A stretch of DNA of 63,977 bases, counting the filler, from Sandaracinaceae bacterium (lineage in GTDB: Bacteria > Myxococcota_A > Polyangia > Polyangiales > JADJQN01), in assembly GCA_947483975.1 (NCBI GenBank). It is 3 parts of 3 records of this genome, joined end to end, with 100 filler letters (N's around TTAATTAATTAA, not from the genome) between each part and the next. Parts side by side here need not be neighbours in the genome. Positions count along the whole stretch, not along the records: positions 1 to 23,936 come from CANKOL010000039.1; positions 24,037 to 47,610 come from CANKOL010000040.1; 1 more part is not named here. One strand, given 5' to 3'. The notes beneath the pieces were generated by a model that did no database searches, had not been told where the DNA came from, and saw only the letters and a program-made list of their open reading frames with translations. The translations under genes and the position numbers were made by a program. This document shows positions 22,215 through 31,366 of this stretch, piece after piece. Each line of letters begins with the position of its first letter. Within the stretch, counting starts at the first letter, position 1.

Positions 22215-23459
22215 TCAGTCCGCGTCGCGCACGAGGCGCACGTAGTTGAGGTATCGCGACTCGCCCCCGGGCGCCCCGACGACCTTGACGTCGAAGCGGA
22301 CGGCCCCCGCTCCGTGCAGGTCCCTCCCGTCGCTGCCGACGGCTCGCCCGAAGGCCACGTACCATGCGGCCGTGTACGGGGCGGTCTCGTGGGCCTTCGC
22401 GGACGTGCTCGTCCAGTACCAAGGATAGTCTGCGTCGCCCGCTTCGTTGGTGATCGCCGTACAGCTGAACCGCGGGTCGATGGCCGGTCCTACGTTGGCC
22501 GCGTCCGTCGCGCCGGGGGAGCGCGTGTAGTCGACGAGGCTCTGGAGCTCCTTGGTGTTCGGCAGGCGCCAGTCGGCGTGCCCGAGGTAGTTCGCGGCAT
22601 TCTGCGACTGCGCGAAGGCGAGCGCCTGCTGCCAGTCCATCCCCGCGGCGCTGTCCGCCTGAGACCACATGAGGCCTGTGGCTCGGTCGGTGATGGTGCC
22701 GTCGGCGTGGTCGATGAAGTCGTTGATTCCGTAGGCCGCGCCGCGGACGCAGCGGGCGAAGTGTCTCGGGCCGACGTCGATCGAGTACGCCTTGATGTGG
22801 CCGGTGTCGAAGTTCACCCCGAACGCCAGCGCCACGCCCGTCGCAGGGTCATTCATGCTCTCGAGTAGGCCGGTGTACTTGGTATCGCTCCAGAAGATCG
22901 AGTGAGAGTCTACCGTCGGATGCGCGAAACGCGTCGTGTCCTCGTAGGGCCAGCCGGTGTCGCCCCTCCAGAGCGAATAGAGCTCTTGGATGGTCGGGAG
23001 TCGCCAGTCCGAATACCCACCGTACATGGGCGCGTTGAGGGCCGCGCAGGCGCGCTGAGCACCTGCCCAATACAGCGTGCCGGCCTGGTAGCCCTGTTTC
23101 CACGTCAGTCCCGTGACGTTGTCGTGGACCGTCATCCCGTCAGCGCTCGTCGTGTAGCTGGGCGCCGTGCCGAGAGACTGGGCGTCCTGGCCGAAGAAGG
23201 CTTCGCCGACGGCGGGGCAGGTGATCTCGGTCGAATCATCGTAGCAAGCCGTCTGCTGGGTATCGACGAGGGGGTACCACGGGGCAGTGGAGAGGCCGGC
23301 GTCGCTCCCCGAGTCGCCGGCGAGGCCGGCGTCGCTCCCCGAGTCGTCGGCGAGGCCGGCGTCGCTCCCCGAGTCGTCGGCCGGAGCTGCCGAGTCACAG
23401 GCAGCGAAGGAGAGCGCGGCCGCGGCAAGAGCGAGACGAGCGATCGACGTGCACTTCAT
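22215..23459 (-). CDS. DUF1566 (Lcl C-terminal) double-domain lipoprotein
   Basis: AAAGGA RBS, FAAC lipobox, TGLTW/TGLMW, two DWRLP, ends NYVRLVRDAD. Confidence 0.9.
   Translation of the reverse strand: MKCTSIARLALAAAALSFAACDSAAPADDSGSDAGLADDSGSDAGLAGDSGSDAGLSTAPWYPLVDTQQTACYDDSTEITCPAVGEAFFGQDAQSLGTAPSYTTSADGMTVHDNVTGLTWKQGYQAGTLYWAGAQRACAALNAPMYGGYSDWRLPTIQELYSLWRGDTGWPYEDTTRFAHPTVDSHSIFWSDTKYTGLLESMNDPATGVALAFGVNFDTGHIKAYSIDVGPRHFARCVRGAAYGINDFIDHADGTITDRATGLMWSQADSAAGMDWQQALAFAQSQNAANYLGHADWRLPNTKELQSLVDYTRSPGATDAANVGPAIDPRFSCTAITNEAGDADYPWYWTSTSAKAHETAPYTAAWYVAFGRAVGSDGRDLHGAGAVRFDVKVVGAPGGESRYLNYVRLVRDAD
23292..23381. repeat. 30-bp tandem repeat x3 encoding A(D/G)DSGSDAGL
   Basis: Units GAGGCCGGCGTCGCTCCCCGAGTCG(C/T)CGGC. 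Confidence 0.9.
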
Positions 23460-23544
23460 CGGGTCGTGTCCTTTCGTCAGCCGGGCAGGCTGGTCACGGG
23501 AGTCCTCGAGGACCCGCTGCCCGACAGGCATCAAACGTATGCGT

Positions 23545-23615
23545 GAAACCTTGAGTAGCCCTGAAGTCGCAGGACGGGACCGCCTCGACCGCGCTTGAGG
23601 TCCGCTCAAGGTCTG
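23545..23615. promoter_or_regulatory. Two oppositely oriented tandem-repeat boxes, putative OmpR-family operator sites
   Basis: Plus 23594-23615 CTTGAGGtccg-CTCAAGGTctg; minus 23566-23545 CTTCAGGgcta-CTCAAGGTttc; 11-bp period. Confidence 0.5.
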
Positions 23616-23632
23616 CGTGGTAAACGAGAGCG

Positions 23633-23936
23633 ATGGGTGTCGTGCTCCTCATCGAGGATGATGAAGCCTTGGGCAGGCAGGTCGTCGACCAGCTCGAGGC
23701 CGCAGGGTTCTCTGCGGTGTGGTGGCGGCGCGGTCGCATCATCGACGCGGCCGACTACCGGGAGATCGTGCTCGTGATCCTCGACCTGATGCTGCCCGGC
23801 GTCGGGGGACTCGACATCTTGAGACAGCTCCGGCAGGACTCCGACGTCCCGGTGCTCGTGCTGAGCGCGCGGCAGGACAGCAACGACAAGGTGCTGGCGC
23901 TGAAGCTCGGCGCCGACGACTACGTGACGAAGCCGC
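23633..23936 (+). CDS. Response regulator receiver domain (OmpR/PhoB-like), truncated by the contig end
   Basis: LLIEDD, LDLMLPG, VLSAR, GADDYVTKP. Confidence 0.9.
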
Positions 23937-24036
23937 NNNNNNNNNNNNNNNNNNNNNNNNNNNNNNNNNNNNNNNNNNNNTTAATTAATTAANNNNNNNN
24001 NNNNNNNNNNNNNNNNNNNNNNNNNNNNNNNNNNNN
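23937..24036. other. Artificial contig linker
   Basis: N44-TTAATTAATTAA-N44, which has stops in all six frames. Confidence 0.98.
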
Positions 24037-24234
24037 GCACCGCGACGCCGCCCGGCGCCGGAGGCTGCGCGAGCTGCGACGTCGGCGCGCACTGCCCCGC
24101 GCCGAGAGCGCCGCTCGCCCTCTGCGGGACGCTCCTCGCCGCCATGGTCATCGCGCGCCGCAGGCGCTGACGAACGGCTCGCCGACGAGGCGTAGCAAGA
24201 CGAACGGACTCGCAGCAAAAAACGCCGAGCGAGC

Positions 24235-24471
24235 TCAGCCCTCGGACGCCTTCTTCGCGGCGAGCGCCCGCGCGATCTGCTCGCTGACCTCGCGCCGACT
24301 CACGATGCCCGACTCCGGACGCACCGCGGCGTCGCCCCCGGTGCGCGCGCCAGCCCAGCCACATTTGCAACGCCAGAGCCAGGTGACGCCATCGTCCCCA
24401 TCGAGTCGCTCGGCAAGAACAGCGCTATCGCAGCGCGGACAAGGCCTCTGATCACGGTCTCTCATGGGCAC
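24235..24471 (-). CDS. Small zinc-ribbon-like protein
   Basis: CPRC...CKCGW, 78 aa, just downstream of tRNA-Ser. Confidence 0.55.
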   Translation of the reverse strand: MPMRDRDQRPCPRCDSAVLAERLDGDDGVTWLWRCKCGWAGARTGGDAAVRPESGIVSRREVSEQIARALAAKKASEG

Positions 24472-24496
24472 CTGGGGGCATTATGTCCCTCTATAC

Positions 24497-24585
24497 GGCG
24501 GAGGAGAAGGGATTCGAACCCCTGGTGGAGTTACCCCCACGGCGGTTTTCAAAACCGCTGCCTTAGACCACTCGGCCACTCCTCC
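24497..24585 (-). tRNA. tRNA-Ser (anticodon UGA)
   Basis: GGAGGAG acceptor, TGGCCGAGTGG D arm, GCGGT-TTTGAAA-ACCGC anticodon arm, long variable arm, GGTTCGAATCC, G discriminator. The 3' end reads CCG, so CCA is not fully encoded. Confidence 0.96.
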
Positions 24586-24709
24586 AATGGGCCGAGATCA
24601 CAGCACAATCGTGCGGGGCTGTCACTCTTCTTCGGAGGGGCGACGACTCTGCCGCGCTTCCCTCGCTGCTTGGGTCCTCGCGGACGCTCCAGGCGATCGT
24701 CCCTCGGCT

Positions 24710-26713
24710 TCACGCTGCGGGGTCGCGGCCCAAGGCTTGCCGGACGGCCGCGTCGAGGTCCGCTCTCGAGAACGGTTTCTGGAGGAAGTTGACGCCGTCG
24801 GACAGCACGCCGTGGTGCGCGATGACGTCGGCGGTGTAGCCGGACATGAACAGGCGCTTGAGGCCCGGGGAGCGCGACAGGAGGTGCTTCGCGAGGTCCC
24901 GGCCGTTCATCTCGGGCATCACGACGTCGGTCATGAGCAGCTGGATCTCGGTCGGGTGGCTCTCGGCGAGGCGGATGGCCTCGCCCGGGGTGCCGGCGGC
25001 GAGGACGATGTAACCCATCTTCTCGAGCATTCGCCTGGTCACGCGCAGGATCGCGGCCTCGTCCTCGACCAACAGCACGGTCTCCCGGCCAACTCCGTCA
25101 TGCCCCGCCGCTCGTTGGACGGATTCGGGGCGCGGCGCGGTCTGATGCCGCGGGAAGTAGAGCGTGAACGTCGTCCCACGGCCCACCTCGCTGTCGACGG
25201 CGATGAAACCTCCGTTCTGCCGGACGATGCCGTAGATCGTCGCGAGCCCGAGGCCGGTGCCTGTGCCCATCGGCTTGGTGGTGAAGAACGGCTCGAAGAG
25301 GTGCGCCTGCGTCTCGCGGTCCATGCCGCAGCCGTCGTCGCGCACGACGAGGCGGATGAAGTCACCGGGGAGAGTCCCACGGTGAAGGGCGCAGTCGGCC
25401 TCATCGAACCTCACTGGGCTGGTCTCGATCGTCAGTTTGCCGATGCCCGAGATCGCGTCCCGCGCGTTGACGCAGAGGTTCGTCAGGACCTGGTCGATCT
25501 GCGAGGGGTCGACGCGCACCGGACAAGGGCTGGAGTCGGGCTGCCACTCGAGCGTGATGTTCTCGCCGATCAGCCTCCGCAGCATCGTGAGCGTGCCCGT
25601 GACGGTCTCGCGCAGATCGAGCACCCGCGGCGTGACGACCTGCTTCCTCGCGAACGCGAGCAACTGGCCCGTGAGATCGGCGGAGCGACGGGCCGCCTTG
25701 CGGATCTCCTCGAGGTCGTCGCGCAGCGTGGGGTCGAGCCCCTGATAGTCGAGCGCGACCTCGACGTGCCCGAGGATCACGCCGAGCATGTTGTTGAAGT
25801 CGTGCGCGACGCCGCCCGCCAAGCGCCCGACGGACTCCATCTTCTGCGCCTGATGCAGCTGCGCCTCGAGCCCTGCGCTCTCCTGCTCAGCGCGCTTGCG
25901 CTCGGTGACGTCGACCAACATCGCGACGAGGCAGGGCGTTCCGTGCAGGTCGACCAAGCGCGCGGAGGTCTCGAGCGCGCCGAGCTCGCCCGTCCTTCGC
26001 CGGAAGTCGATGGGGAAGTGATCGACGCTGCGATCCTCCCGGAGGCGTCGGACCAGCTCCTCGCGCTGCGTCGGATTCGCGTAAGTGCCTAGGTCCGCGA
26101 CGGTCCGCCCGACCACTTCCTCGCGCGAGTAGCCGTACATCCGGAGGGCAGAGTCGTTGACCTCGAGGATCACGCCGTCCGCGAGCGAGCTGACGGTGAT
26201 GCCGGCGGGGCTCGCGTTGAAGATCGCCGAGAGTTTGGCGGTCTTCAGCGCGAGCGCCTCCTCGCTCTGCTTGCGCTCGGTGATGTCCAGCAGTGAGCCG
26301 AAGAGGCGCACCGCGGTGCCGTCGGGTCCCATCTCTGCGCGACCTTGCGCGAGGCATATGCGCGTCACGCCGTCCGCGCGGATCGCGCAAAGCTCGAGCT
26401 CGTAGGGCGTCCCATCACGCACGGCGGCTTCGACGGCGCGCTCGAGCCGCGCCATGTCCTCCGGCGGGTAGAGACTGGCGTGCGCCGCGAAGGAGACGGT
26501 CCCGTCCGCGATCTTGCGTCCCAGCAGGCGAAACAGCCCGGGCGACCAGGTCACGGTGTCGGTCGCGACCTCCCACTCCCAGCTACCGACCTGCGCGAGC
26601 GCCTCGGTCCGCTCGAGCATCGCCTGACTGCGCCGCAGCGCAGCCTCGGCCTGAGTGAACGCCATGCCGCTGACCGCCGCGCCAGCGTTCGCCTCGTGAT
26701 CGCTCTGCACCAT
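24710..26713 (-). CDS. Cytoplasmic PAS-PAS hybrid sensor histidine kinase/response regulator
   Basis: Two PAS domains, AHDFNN H-box, NLCVNARDA, FEPFFTTK, GTGLGL, C-terminal receiver. Confidence 0.95.
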   Translation of the reverse strand: MVQSDHEANAGAAVSGMAFTQAEAALRRSQAMLERTEALAQVGSWEWEVATDTVTWSPGLFRLLGRKIADGTVSFAAHASLYPPEDMARLERAVEAAVRDGTPYELELCAIRADGVTRICLAQGRAEMGPDGTAVRLFGSLLDITERKQSEEALALKTAKLSAIFNASPAGITVSSLADGVILEVNDSALRMYGYSREEVVGRTVADLGTYANPTQREELVRRLREDRSVDHFPIDFRRRTGELGALETSARLVDLHGTPCLVAMLVDVTERKRAEQESAGLEAQLHQAQKMESVGRLAGGVAHDFNNMLGVILGHVEVALDYQGLDPTLRDDLEEIRKAARRSADLTGQLLAFARKQVVTPRVLDLRETVTGTLTMLRRLIGENITLEWQPDSSPCPVRVDPSQIDQVLTNLCVNARDAISGIGKLTIETSPVRFDEADCALHRGTLPGDFIRLVVRDDGCGMDRETQAHLFEPFFTTKPMGTGTGLGLATIYGIVRQNGGFIAVDSEVGRGTTFTLYFPRHQTAPRPESVQRAAGHDGVGRETVLLVEDEAAILRVTRRMLEKMGYIVLAAGTPGEAIRLAESHPTEIQLLMTDVVMPEMNGRDLAKHLLSRSPGLKRLFMSGYTADVIAHHGVLSDGVNFLQKPFSRADLDAAVRQALGRDPAA

Positions 26714-26842
26714 CGTGGATCCCCTCCGGGCGACGAGCCGCTGGAGGAAATGTGCGCCGATACACCAAAAACATCTACCGCCGCCCGACGCGCACTGTCG
26801 CGGGGCGCGTCAGCGGCGCCTCCGCGCACGGCGTCGAGCGCC

Positions 26843-29446
26843 TCAGTCCACCGTGATCGACTTGCTCACGTTCTTCGGCACATCGGGGTGCACGCCGTGG
26901 TCGGCGACGCCTAGGCGGTCGAGGTAGTGCTTCTTCAGCAGGCTCATCTTCAGCGCGAGGCGCTGCAGCGCGACGGTCGCCGAGAACATCGCGAGGAGCG
27001 TGTCGTTGGTGCGCGGCAGCGTGACGAACACCGACTTGTACTCGGGGTTGTCGACGGGCGCCTTCGTCGCCGCGCCGCGGAGCGCGGGGTGCTCCTCGGC
27101 GATGACGACGGTGCTCGCGCCGCGGATCTTGTGCGTGTTGATCTGCGAGACGGTGAGCGCGACGTCGCGCTCGTCGGGGCCCGTCGTGTAGATCAGCGGG
27201 TAGTCCGCGTAGAGCTCGTCGAGGATCGCGGCGCGGTCCATCGTGCGCTCGAAGAGCTTGCGCTCAGGCTCGCTCAGCGAGAACGGGATCGTCGACGGCG
27301 ACAGCACCCAATCGGTCGCCGCCTGCACGAGGCGCTCGAGCGAGTCGCTCCCGAGCCCTGCCGCCGCCGCGTTGCGCGTGAGCGCTTGGAGCGTCTGCCC
27401 GAGGCGCTTCAACATCGCGTCGACCTCGGTCGGACCGAGCACGGTGTTCCAGCCGAGGATGGTATTCGGGCCGTGCTTGAACTCCGACGCTTCGAATCCC
27501 TCGGTGTGATTGAGGACGACCTCGCGAATCTTGAGCGCGCCCTCTTTGGCCACGGCGGAGATGCGCGTCGCGAGCAGGTGAATGCTCGGTCGCAGGTAAT
27601 AGAGCTTGGCCGCGACCTCGAGATCCGCGTCGGTGCTGTCGACGGTCTCGCGGATCAGCGCGGGCAGCTCCCAGAGCTTCTCGCGCCGCGCCTCGAGCTC
27701 CCGCCTCAGCTGCGCGCGCTCGCCCGGATCGCTCGCGAGGGCGTCTCCGCGGCGCTGCGCGAGGTCGAGCGCGAGGCAGTAGAAGACGACCATCTGGTTC
27801 ATGAAGCTCTTGGTCGCGGGCACCGCGATCTCGGGCCCACAGCGCAGCGGGATCACGAGCTCCGCCTTCTCCTGCGCGAGCGTCGAGTTGACGTTGTTGA
27901 CGAGCGCGATGCGCGCGACGTCGCGCCCGCAGGCGATGACGTCGTTGAGCACGTCGATCAGGTCCTTGGTCTCGCCGCTCTGACTGACCGCGACGACGAG
28001 GTCGCCGTCCTTCAGCGAGCGCGCCGACTGCGCCCGGAATTCGCCAGGCAAGATGGGCGTCAGCTCGACGCGCGCGAGCTCGTTGAAGAAGAGCGCGGCG
28101 GCCTTCGCGGCGTGATACGAGCTGCCGCAGCAGATGACGTAGATGCGCCCGCGGCGCTCGATCGCGGCGAGGCACATCGCGCTGAAGCGCTCGAGCGCGT
28201 GGGCGTACTCGCGCACCTCGTCCGCCTCGAGCATCGCGTCGACGAGGCGCACGGCGAGCGCGTCGGACGCGTTGCGCGCCATCGGGAGCAAGTCCGCGAG
28301 GAAGCCCGCCTCACCGGAGTGCAGCGCCTTGCCGTGCACGACCACCGCCGGTGCCCTCGCGAGCAGCGCGCGAAACGCCGGCAGATCGCAGAGCTCGTGG
28401 AAGCGCTCGCGGATGATCTCGTCGTCGTACTGATCGCGGAGCGCGTCGAGGTGCGCGGCGATCTCCGGCAGATCGTCCTGCCCGCGCAGCGCCTGCGCCG
28501 CCTCGGAGCCGCCAAGAAAGAGCGTGATCACCTCGCGCGCCGTCTGCTCCTGCGCGCTGATCTCCTGGTCCATGAAGGTCTCGAACGGCGGGACGAGCGC
28601 GGTGTCCTTCGCGCGCAGGCGGCTGCGCACGGGCTCGCGCTCGATGATCTGCCCAGCGACGAGCTTCACCGGGCCGTCGGGCGTCTTCACGGTGCGCGCC
28701 TCGATGCAGTAGATGCGGTGCGCGCCCGGCTCGTACTCGACGAACTCGCCCTCCGTGATCGGCACGACGACGCGCGTGAGCTTGAGGATCGACGAGAGGT
28801 CCGACGACGCGATCGCGAAGCGCCCGCCCGACTTGCTCGTGCCGATGCCGAAGTAGAGGCTCGAGCCCTGCTTCACGGCCCACATCACGCGCGTGACGGG
28901 GTCGACGATCACGGCGGCGAAGGAGCCCTCGAGCTTCGTCGCGGCGGTCAAGAGCGCGGCGCGCATGCAGCGGCGGCGCGCGGCGGCGTCCTTCTCGTGC
29001 GAGCGCTCGAGCTCCCGCGCGAAGAAGTGCTCGACCGTGTGCACGACCATCTCGCCGTCGTTGTCGGAGAGCACGGCGTGCCCCTCGGACATCAGCCACG
29101 CCTTGAGATCGTCGCAGTTCGTGACGTTCCCGTTGTGCGCGCCGTAGAGGAACGAGTGGCAGCGCACGACGTGCGGCTGCGAGTTCTCGGTCGTCACGGC
29201 GCCGAACGTCGCCCAGCGCACCTGCCCGCAGAACGCGCGCCCGCCCATCGCCGTGATGCCGAGCTCGTGCACCATCACCGACGGCGCGCCGACGCCCTTG
29301 GCGAGCTGCACCTCCTCGGTGTCGCCCTGAATCGCCGCGCCCGTCGAGTCGTAGCCGCGATACTCGAGCGTCTTCAGCAGCTCAGCCGCGACCTGCCCGA
29401 GGTCATCACGATGGTGTTCGCAGATCAGCCCGATGACGCCGCACAT
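26843..29446 (-). CDS. glmS: Glutamine-fructose-6-phosphate amidotransferase-like (long, divergent GlmS)
   Basis: MCG, LEYRGYDS, RWAT, HNG, SQSGET, EGALK, EFKHGP, PKNVSKSITVD; 867 aa. Confidence 0.85.
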   Translation of the reverse strand: MCGVIGLICEHHRDDLGQVAAELLKTLEYRGYDSTGAAIQGDTEEVQLAKGVGAPSVMVHELGITAMGGRAFCGQVRWATFGAVTTENSQPHVVRCHSFLYGAHNGNVTNCDDLKAWLMSEGHAVLSDNDGEMVVHTVEHFFARELERSHEKDAAARRRCMRAALLTAATKLEGSFAAVIVDPVTRVMWAVKQGSSLYFGIGTSKSGGRFAIASSDLSSILKLTRVVVPITEGEFVEYEPGAHRIYCIEARTVKTPDGPVKLVAGQIIEREPVRSRLRAKDTALVPPFETFMDQEISAQEQTAREVITLFLGGSEAAQALRGQDDLPEIAAHLDALRDQYDDEIIRERFHELCDLPAFRALLARAPAVVVHGKALHSGEAGFLADLLPMARNASDALAVRLVDAMLEADEVREYAHALERFSAMCLAAIERRGRIYVICCGSSYHAAKAAALFFNELARVELTPILPGEFRAQSARSLKDGDLVVAVSQSGETKDLIDVLNDVIACGRDVARIALVNNVNSTLAQEKAELVIPLRCGPEIAVPATKSFMNQMVVFYCLALDLAQRRGDALASDPGERAQLRRELEARREKLWELPALIRETVDSTDADLEVAAKLYYLRPSIHLLATRISAVAKEGALKIREVVLNHTEGFEASEFKHGPNTILGWNTVLGPTEVDAMLKRLGQTLQALTRNAAAAGLGSDSLERLVQAATDWVLSPSTIPFSLSEPERKLFERTMDRAAILDELYADYPLIYTTGPDERDVALTVSQINTHKIRGASTVVIAEEHPALRGAATKAPVDNPEYKSVFVTLPRTNDTLLAMFSATVALQRLALKMSLLKKHYLDRLGVADHGVHPDVPKNVSKSITVD

Positions 29447-29634
29447 GGGGGACTCCTCCAGAGATGGACGGCCGCGGATAGCACATCCGACGGCGAATTT
29501 GCAGGCCGCGCGGGCGCGCGCCCGGTCGATCGGCCGTCGAACTCGGGCCCGTTCGAGCGCGCCGAGGATGGGCGAATCGTGCGATACCTACGCCCGCCAA
29601 GCGCCGGCCGCGCGCCTCTGCGCGGCCCGAGGAG

Positions 29635-31338
29635 ATGACCATGATCCTTCTGAACCCGAAGCAGCACACGCGGCCCTATCCCGACGAGCGGTCGCGCGAG
29701 ATCATGCAGAAGACGATCGAGTTCTTCGAGAAGAAGGGGAAGGTCCAGCTCAAGGCGGACGACTTCGAGCGCACCTGGTACGTCGACTTCCTCACGTTCG
29801 TGAAGGAGCAGGGAGTGTTCTCGACGCTCCTGACCCCGGCGTCCGAGGGCCCCGGCGACACGCGCTGGGACACCTGGCGCAACTGCGAATTCAACGAGAT
29901 CTTGGGCTTCTACGGCCTCTGCTACTGGTACGCGTGGCAGGTGTCGATCCTCGGCCTCGGCCCGATCTGGATGAGCGCGAACGCGGGCCTCAAGAAGAAG
30001 GCCGCGGACGCCCTCGCCGCGGGCGGGATCTTCGGCTTCGGCCTCTCGGAGCGCACGCACGGCGCGGACATCTACTCGACGGATATGCTGCTGACGCCGC
30101 AGCCCGATGGCTCGTATCTCGCGAGCGGCGAGAAGTACTACATCGGCAACGGCAACGAGGCCGCGATGGTCTCGACGTTCGGCAAGATCGTCGGCACCGA
30201 CGAGTACGTCTTCTTCGCGGTGGACACCCGCCATCCGAAGTACGAGCTGCTGAAGAACGTCGTCGCGAGTCAGTCGTACGTCGCGCAGTACGCGCTGCAC
30301 GAGTATCCGGTGACCGAGGCGGACCTGCTCTCGCGCGGCAAAGAGGCCTGGAACGCGGCGCTCAACACCGTGAACATCGGCAAGTACAACCTCGGCTGGG
30401 CGTCCATCGGGATGTGCACGCACGCGTTCTACGAGGCGATCCATCACGCCTCGAATCGCCGCCTCTACAACATGTATGTGACGGATTTCCCGCACGTGAA
30501 GCAGATGTTCACGGACGCCTATGCGCGCCTCGTGGCGATGAAGCTCTTCGCGCTGCGGGCGGCTGACTACATGCGCTCGGCGTCTCCCGAGGACCGCCGG
30601 TATCTCCTCTACAATCCGGTCGTCAAGATGAAGGTCACGACGCAGGGCGAGGAGGTCGTGAACCTGCTCTGGGACGTGATCGCGGCGCGCGGCTTCGAGA
30701 AGGATATGTTCTTCGAGATGGCTGCGCGCGACATCCGCGCGCTCCCGAAGCTCGAGGGCACGGTGCACGTCAACATCGCCCTGATCGTGAAGTTCATGCC
30801 GAACTACTTCTTCGCGCCGGGGACGTTCGCGCCCGTGCCGAAGCGCGACGACGCGGCGAACGACGACTTCCTCTTCGATCAGGGGCCGACGAGCGGACTC
30901 GGCAAGATCCGTTTCCACGACTACGACCCTGCGTTCGCGGCGTTCGACCTGCCGAACGTGGGAGTCTTCCGCGAGCAGATCACCGTGCTGAAGGAGCTGC
31001 TCGCGACCGCGACGCCGGACGAAGCGCAGCGCAAGGACCTCGATTTTTTGATGACGCTCGGAGAGATGTTCACGCTGGTCGTGTACGCGCAGCTCATCGC
31101 GGAGAACGCCAAGATCTACGGGGTCGAGGACGACCTCGTCGACCAGTTCTTCGACGTGCTCGTCCGGGACTTCGCGCGCTTCGCACAGCAGCTTCACGCC
31201 AAGCCGAGCAGCACCGCGGCGCAGATGGCGTGTTGCCTGCGCCTGATCCGCAAGCCCGTGTTCAGCGAGCGGCGCTACGAGCACATCTGGCAGGACCACG
31301 TCTACGCGCTCAAGAGTGCGTACGAGATGTCTCCCTGA
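29635..31338 (+). CDS. Acyl-CoA dehydrogenase family protein
   Basis: FGLSERTHGAD, GEKYYIGN, KLEGTVHVN; GGAG RBS. Confidence 0.9.
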   Translation: MTMILLNPKQHTRPYPDERSREIMQKTIEFFEKKGKVQLKADDFERTWYVDFLTFVKEQGVFSTLLTPASEGPGDTRWDTWRNCEFNEILGFYGLCYWYAWQVSILGLGPIWMSANAGLKKKAADALAAGGIFGFGLSERTHGADIYSTDMLLTPQPDGSYLASGEKYYIGNGNEAAMVSTFGKIVGTDEYVFFAVDTRHPKYELLKNVVASQSYVAQYALHEYPVTEADLLSRGKEAWNAALNTVNIGKYNLGWASIGMCTHAFYEAIHHASNRRLYNMYVTDFPHVKQMFTDAYARLVAMKLFALRAADYMRSASPEDRRYLLYNPVVKMKVTTQGEEVVNLLWDVIAARGFEKDMFFEMAARDIRALPKLEGTVHVNIALIVKFMPNYFFAPGTFAPVPKRDDAANDDFLFDQGPTSGLGKIRFHDYDPAFAAFDLPNVGVFREQITVLKELLATATPDEAQRKDLDFLMTLGEMFTLVVYAQLIAENAKIYGVEDDLVDQFFDVLVRDFARFAQQLHAKPSSTAAQMACCLRLIRKPVFSERRYEHIWQDHVYALKSAYEMSP

Positions 31339-31366
31339 GCGCTCGCGTCGTGCGGCGCCGGCGCGC

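Noticed and set aside
23937..24036. TTAATTAATTAA palindrome inside N runs (also 47611-47710)
   Set aside because: Synthetic contig linker; ORFs and gene neighbourhoods across it are not real.
24464..26092. 542-aa plus-strand ORF beginning ...GGEGIRTPGGVTPTAVFKTAALDHSATPP
   Set aside because: Shadow translation of the antisense tRNA-Ser and the histidine kinase gene.
29447..29634. glmS ribozyme upstream of the glmS-like gene
   Set aside because: Short divergent promoter region with no recognisable ribozyme core.
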